The notes under the pieces were generated by a model, which was not told the DNA's origin, made no database searches, and was given only the letters and a program-made list of their open reading frames with translations. This document shows, piece after piece, positions 58,937 to 64,000 of a stretch of 64,000 nucleotides of DNA; within the stretch, counting starts at the first letter, position 1; every line of letters starts with the position of its first letter. A program made the translations under genes and the position numbers. Source of the stretch: Gonapodya sp. JEL0774 (Eukaryota); assembly GCA_027604505.1 (NCBI GenBank), contig JADIIX010000033.1:1-64000 (forward strand), in the 5' to 3' direction.

Positions 58937-59504
58937 CGGCATATGTGAATTCTGGGGCAACCCACATGGGGTGGTGCCTCCTGGGGTGTTTCGCCACCAC
59001 CCCAAATGAGAATTCTGGGGTGGTTTGGGGTGGTTCATTTAGAATTCTGGGGTTGTTTTTGAGAATTCTGTGGTGGTTTCGAAAATGAGTTTGGTGACAT
59101 GTGCTATGATGCTGAATACAGTAGGCATGCTGTATTACAGTCTTTTGAGTAGATATGAAGTACTCATGATGTTGAGGACCGGTTTAACCTAGTATTTTTT
59201 TGATGCCTGGCGTCGACATCACGTTTGAATTTCGACAAACAGATTGCTGCACCCTGGGAATTACAGAACAAGCAAGTAACGAGCAGAAAACAGCCGGCTC
59301 ACTTGCGCTCGTTTCTCGTAGTTTGTTGTAGGTTCATGTTTCTGTAACATATCAAATACAGTGACTACTCCCTCCATATCCTAACTGTTTCAGTTCAGCT
59401 TTCAAATGAAGTCTGAAGTCTCCAGACTCAGACTGTCCATCGACGCAAAGCATCAGAAGCAGGGACCACCCCCTATGGGGTACCCCAGAATTCTGTTATG
59501 CGGT
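58937..59504. mobile_element. MITE-like non-autonomous DNA transposon
   Basis: Imperfect ~40-bp terminal inverted repeats: CATATGTGAATTCTGGGGCAACCCACATGGGGTGGTGCCT (58940-58979) versus the reverse complement of 59461-59500. Subterminal GAATTCTG(G/T)GG repeats at 59010, 59042 and 59063. No clear TSD. Confidence 0.65.
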
Positions 59505-61110
59505 AAATGGGGGCTGTCCTCTGCCACACGCATGAACGTTCAACACACGTCTGATTGCTCTTATATAATAATTTTTATAATGTCGACGTAGCAGGGCCTC
59601 AAAGTGTGACCCACAGCTCGCGCCATGACCAGCAGTTCGAAAGATCGAGTTCGCTCCATGTTCAGCGAGCGGAGCCCGATCTCGAACAGTATTATCATGT
59701 AGCGATCTTTTTGTAGTAAATTAATTTGAGCCAAACTCGAGCAGCCTTTGGTGCTCGAGCTTGATCTTTGAGGAGCGGCTCGCGAGTGCTGATGAGGTAG
59801 GCGAAGATCCCGATTCTCCCTCCTCCCATCCATCGTCTCACCGAATGTACAACGCTCTTGTCAAGCTCATCCTTCGTATCGCGGTTCCACACCTTCCCGT
59901 GCACTTCCATATTGAACAAGCTCAATAATATCTGTCGGCAATAATGGTATCCAGACAAGACGTGCCGTGACGCAACCAAACCTGCGACGGCTCGCCTGTG
60001 ACGTAGTGTCATGAAAGACGGTGGAGGATGGGCGGATCCAAGAGCCAGTTCTCGAGCATTTGGGATGGACAGTTCAAGTAATCGAGTGCAACAACCCCCT
60101 GGGTAGGTGAGGAATTTGATCAACACGGGGATGTCAATTACTGGGGCAACGATTTTTCCTGTGCAACGTTCTTGCTGCAATGGGAGGAATTAGTGGTTCG
60201 GATCATCATTTTCTCCATTTCTCGGCACTCCAGACTATCAAGTGGTGGACAATTTTTCAACAACGTTGCTCCATCACACTCCCTAAATCCGAGTCAAATT
60301 CAAGTCGAGTCGAGGAATATTATCTCCGCCTTGAGCACAAAAGAGCTATTACCAAACGATTGGCTCGCATCTTACCTCAAGTTGTCTCTCGGCCACCTAC
60401 CCTAGACAAGTTATAAACATTGTTCCATGCCACAATGCTCTTGATTCCCGGCGTGCACATGAAACCCGCAACAGTCGGCATGGCAGAATGCATCACCACT
60501 GCACGTGTGATGATAACCAGTAGCAGGGGCTCCCTCACTACGTACTTGCTTCGGAATGTCATCTGGTGTCAGACTCAATATTTTTGTGCGGATTATCGCC
60601 AAAGAAGAAACAAAAATATTCCGACTTGCTGAGTTCTTTGATAGAATGAATGCAGCTTGGATGAACAACGAGTATGTTGTTACCCCTTCCGTGCTCTCAA
60701 CGCTGTCAATTTGATGGTATTCGGTTTCTTTTTCTCCTAAACTTCATTTTTTCAGCGTACTAGGAATATGCACCACCTCCACAAACCGCCCAAGTCGCGC
60801 CAACGTCCCTGTATTGATCCGCTCGAGCTTGTGTTTTTTCAAGTGTTCTTTAAACTCCCGGTTTTCCCACAATAATTCGTGAGGATGGAGTTGGTTGCTC
60901 TTACCTGAGCGGGAATGGAGTCTCGGGTGGGAGGGATAAAAGCGACGCTAGAATTTACGGCAGTACTTAGAGGGGGTCGGAGTTCCTGGCTGACTGCGGT
61001 TGGTTCGTGCCCACGCTTTTTGCACCTTTGTTTTGCACTTCAGTGTCAAATACTCTCTCGAATATAATTATACTTCCGCATCTCCCCACCATACCGTCAG
61101 CCCGTATTTA

Positions 61111-63043
61111 TCACCTGTAAACTCTGACCACCATAGCTACCACTTGCCTGCACACTGGACACGCCTTATCCTCCATCTCCAGCTTCGCCGCACAAGGTTG
61201 GCAAAAGGAGTAATGGCCGCAGGGTATCACGACACACGATGGAGGCGAGGAAAGGCAAATTTGACAATGCTCCGTGGAGGAATGAGAGGTGGTGTGGTTG
61301 GTCCCACTCATCAACCCCCCGAGCTCCTGTTCTGCCACCTGACTAAATGCGTCCACAGCATCCCCGTTCACTCTGTCCATTTGTCTCCCTTCTCTCTCTC
61401 GCCTGGCTTGCTCGATCAACCCTTGCACGATCCACTCTGCTTTCACTTCCAATCCCACGTGTACATTATCAAGTCCCTGGTAACCCTTTCTCGTTCTCTC
61501 CCAGTCATCCCACCTTCGCAACACTTTAAGAACCTTCCACATCTCCATTATGTGAGTGTTCCGGAATCCGCGCTCCACGAGCTGGTCCGTCATGCTTTCA
61601 AGGACTGCTGCCAGGTCCGATGAATCGGACGAGTTGCAGAGGCGGCAGTCAGTGGGGTATGGGCTGTGTGGACAGAAGTACGGAGAGCTGGCAGGTTCCG
61701 ACGAGGAGGTGGACGCCGTGCGAGGGCTGGAGTGACTGGGAGTTGAGTTCAGTGTTGATGTAGGGGAGGGGGTTGTGCCAGGAGAGGGCTCAAGAGCAAC
61801 AGATGCAAACAGGTGTCCGTGTGGGACCACGGGGTTTGTTTGATTGTACGAGTCAGAATACGGTTGCACCTCCTCGGGTCGGTGTACTGTCAGTTGCCCC
61901 CCAGTGTCAGCATTCCGGTCCCCATCCTGCCGTTCACCGGGACGCGGGTTGTTCAATGTAGGCCACCCCGCTGGCCAATTCTGTCGAAACATGGCCGTAA
62001 TGGGCGAGCACCATTCCAACGTTTCCACCGGGTCCGCCTGGTGCGTCCCGGTCGAACCACTCGCATCTGCAGTATGATCACCAGACGAAGTAGTGGATTC
62101 CCTTCCTACTGCGGCCCGCAATTGATCCATCTGTTGTCTCCAGAACTCTTGCCAATTGATGCGATGAGAGTTTGAGGGTGAACTTTCATCTGAACGGCAT
62201 GCGTTTAGGAAGAGAGGAGACAAGTTCAAGAGTAGAAACATGGCGGTGGAGTGGGAATCGTTTGAAATGAGAACAGGCACGACGGAGAGAAACGTCCTGG
62301 TCGAATCCGAAATTCGGTCTCCGGATACTTCTCGAACCCATCGCAAACCTAAACTACGAGTGTGGATCGAGTGGGACGTGCCACCCGTGCTGTCTCCACG
62401 GTAGTGCACACCAACAAATCCGTATTCCATCCATCCCATCGTTCCCCAGCCAGTTTTCTCTGGTGCATTTTCTCGATGTCGGTTCATCTCCCAAAAACAT
62501 ACCAACTCACCCACCTCGCTCTGGCCCAGGCTCCAGCACGTTTCTGCATCCCGGACAATAGTACGCCGCCCGCGTGGCCGTGTTGACGAAGCCCTTACCG
62601 TCCACGTAGTGAGGGTACCCAGTGGGGACGTTCGGAGGAGGGCGGGAATCTTGAGCGGTAGTTTGAGAAATGAAAGAAATGGAGATGAGACGTTCACATC
62701 GCCGCTACGGTTTGAGAAGTACATGTATGTGCGTTGGTATTACGCCAGCATCGCGACAGAAATGTTTGACACAGAAATCGCAACCCTGTGTGTACAGTTA
62801 TGTATCATCCGATCGAGTCCGATCCTGGTGCCTGATACTCCCCACCAACGGAGCCCAGACCACAATCGTCCATATCATCATGTTGCCTAATGCGAGGCTG
62901 CGATGGCCGTCGATGGAGAACAGTGTGTCGAACCCACCGATACACGAGCAACAGAGTACGATTCCGTTGAGGTGGCAGTGTTGGTGACCACACTCCTTGG
63001 TCGATTGGACCAAGGGAGCAGATGACGTTGATTGCGCCGTCAT
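61111..63043 (-). CDS. RING-finger (C3HC4) protein with N-terminal Cys/His-rich domain, putative E3 ligase
   Basis: C-terminal CQICLSSPPSCVVIPCGHYSFCQPCAAKL...CPVCRQ. Spliced 5' exons give ECGHQHCHLNGIVLCCSCIDSRP...YVDGKGFVNTATRAAYYCPGCR. Confidence 0.8.
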
Positions 63044-63242
63044 ACTGAGGATGTGAGGCCTATGCTGGTCTGTGACAGGGCAGCGCACAAATGAGGTTTG
63101 TGTGCACGAACTTTACATACCCTATAAACCACACATTGCTTCCTTGTACCTTCTATTGTAATGAATAAAAACGTCTGAACCCACTCGATCTAGCGACAGA
63201 TTATTAATTCGTCATCTCCAGCTGTGACTCCCTTTCCCCCTT

Positions 63243-64000
63243 TCACCCCTTCACCACCGCCTCCCGACTCTCCCACCTCCCACCACCTCGTCGAATGCCC
63301 TCAACCTCCACTTTTCCCCCTCCCTCCCGTCCCTCTTCCACACGTTTCAGGTATGCTGCGATTTGTTCGTCAGGATGCGGACCCGCAGGTTGTTGGGGAA
63401 CTTGTTGTTGGGATGAGTGGGCTCGGGAGTAGGTGAAGATGGTGGAGCTGGACGAGGACGGGGTGGGAAGGCGATGTGGGGTGGGAGAGTGAATGGGCAG
63501 GGAGGAGTCGAGGGAATACTGAGGAACATGGTGGTGGCGTGTGTAAGAGGGGTGCGCGGAAACGAGGAATGGGGAAAGGGGAGAGGAGTAGGGATGGATT
63601 GATGGGCCAGAAACACTGGAATAGCGACAGGCACCAGACGCAAGGTCCCACGATTCCACAACACCAAAACACAAACTCCGAGCTTGCTTCACGACCCCGT
63701 CCCAATCACACCCACTCTATCCTGATAGTAATGCAACACAGAACAAATCAACTCACCATCCTCTCCCTTTCCCTCCACCTCTTAAAATCCCACACTAAGA
63801 AGCCCGCCACACCCACCACACAAGAAACTGAAATAATCACTCTGGTGCGATGGGAGATGAAAGGTGGAGGTGCCCAGGAAGGGTGGTCTTGCGGTTCGTC
63901 GTGATGGTGAGAGGAGTAGTCGTGGTGGGGAAAATCATCCCAGGTAGATGACTGGGAGTAAGAGCCAGAGTTTTCTCCGGCAGGTCGGTACCGCGTGCGG
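63243..64000 (-). CDS. 3' part of a hypothetical gene entering from the window edge, one predicted TM segment
   Basis: Open frame from 64000 with VIISVSCVVGVAGFLVW, then a GTGAGT donor. Probable last exon ends ...EAVVKG* at 63243. Exon structure unresolved. Confidence 0.45.

Overview
Gene-dense, intron-rich eukaryotic nuclear DNA (many short ~50-70 nt GT-AG introns). A fungal-type Zn(II)2Cys6 transcription factor together with a ciliary Tectonic gene and a cobalamin adenosyltransferase points to an early-diverging zoosporic fungus (chytrid-like; inference). Genes, all assigned by manually recognised motifs: MMAB, F-box/LRR protein, RNA14/CstF-77, a charged-helix protein with a SPOC/Med25-ACID-like domain, TOM40, TRM3, Tectonic, MFS permease, 5-oxoprolinase, Zn2Cys6 TF, a hypothetical membrane protein, BCKDHA, an ABCC transporter, ASA1/GNB1L, RRP12, a probable epoxide hydrolase pseudogene, a RING protein and a partial gene at the right edge. 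Other structure: a 66-bp tandem array near two assembly gaps, a 127-bp inverted copy of a TF exon upstream of that TF, a MITE-like element next to the pseudogene, 3-nt and 5-nt microexons, and GC-AG introns. No CRISPR array, RNA gene or intact transposase was recognised, and I did not find a clearly new multi-gene system. Coordinates of multi-exon genes are start-to-stop spans from manual splicing.
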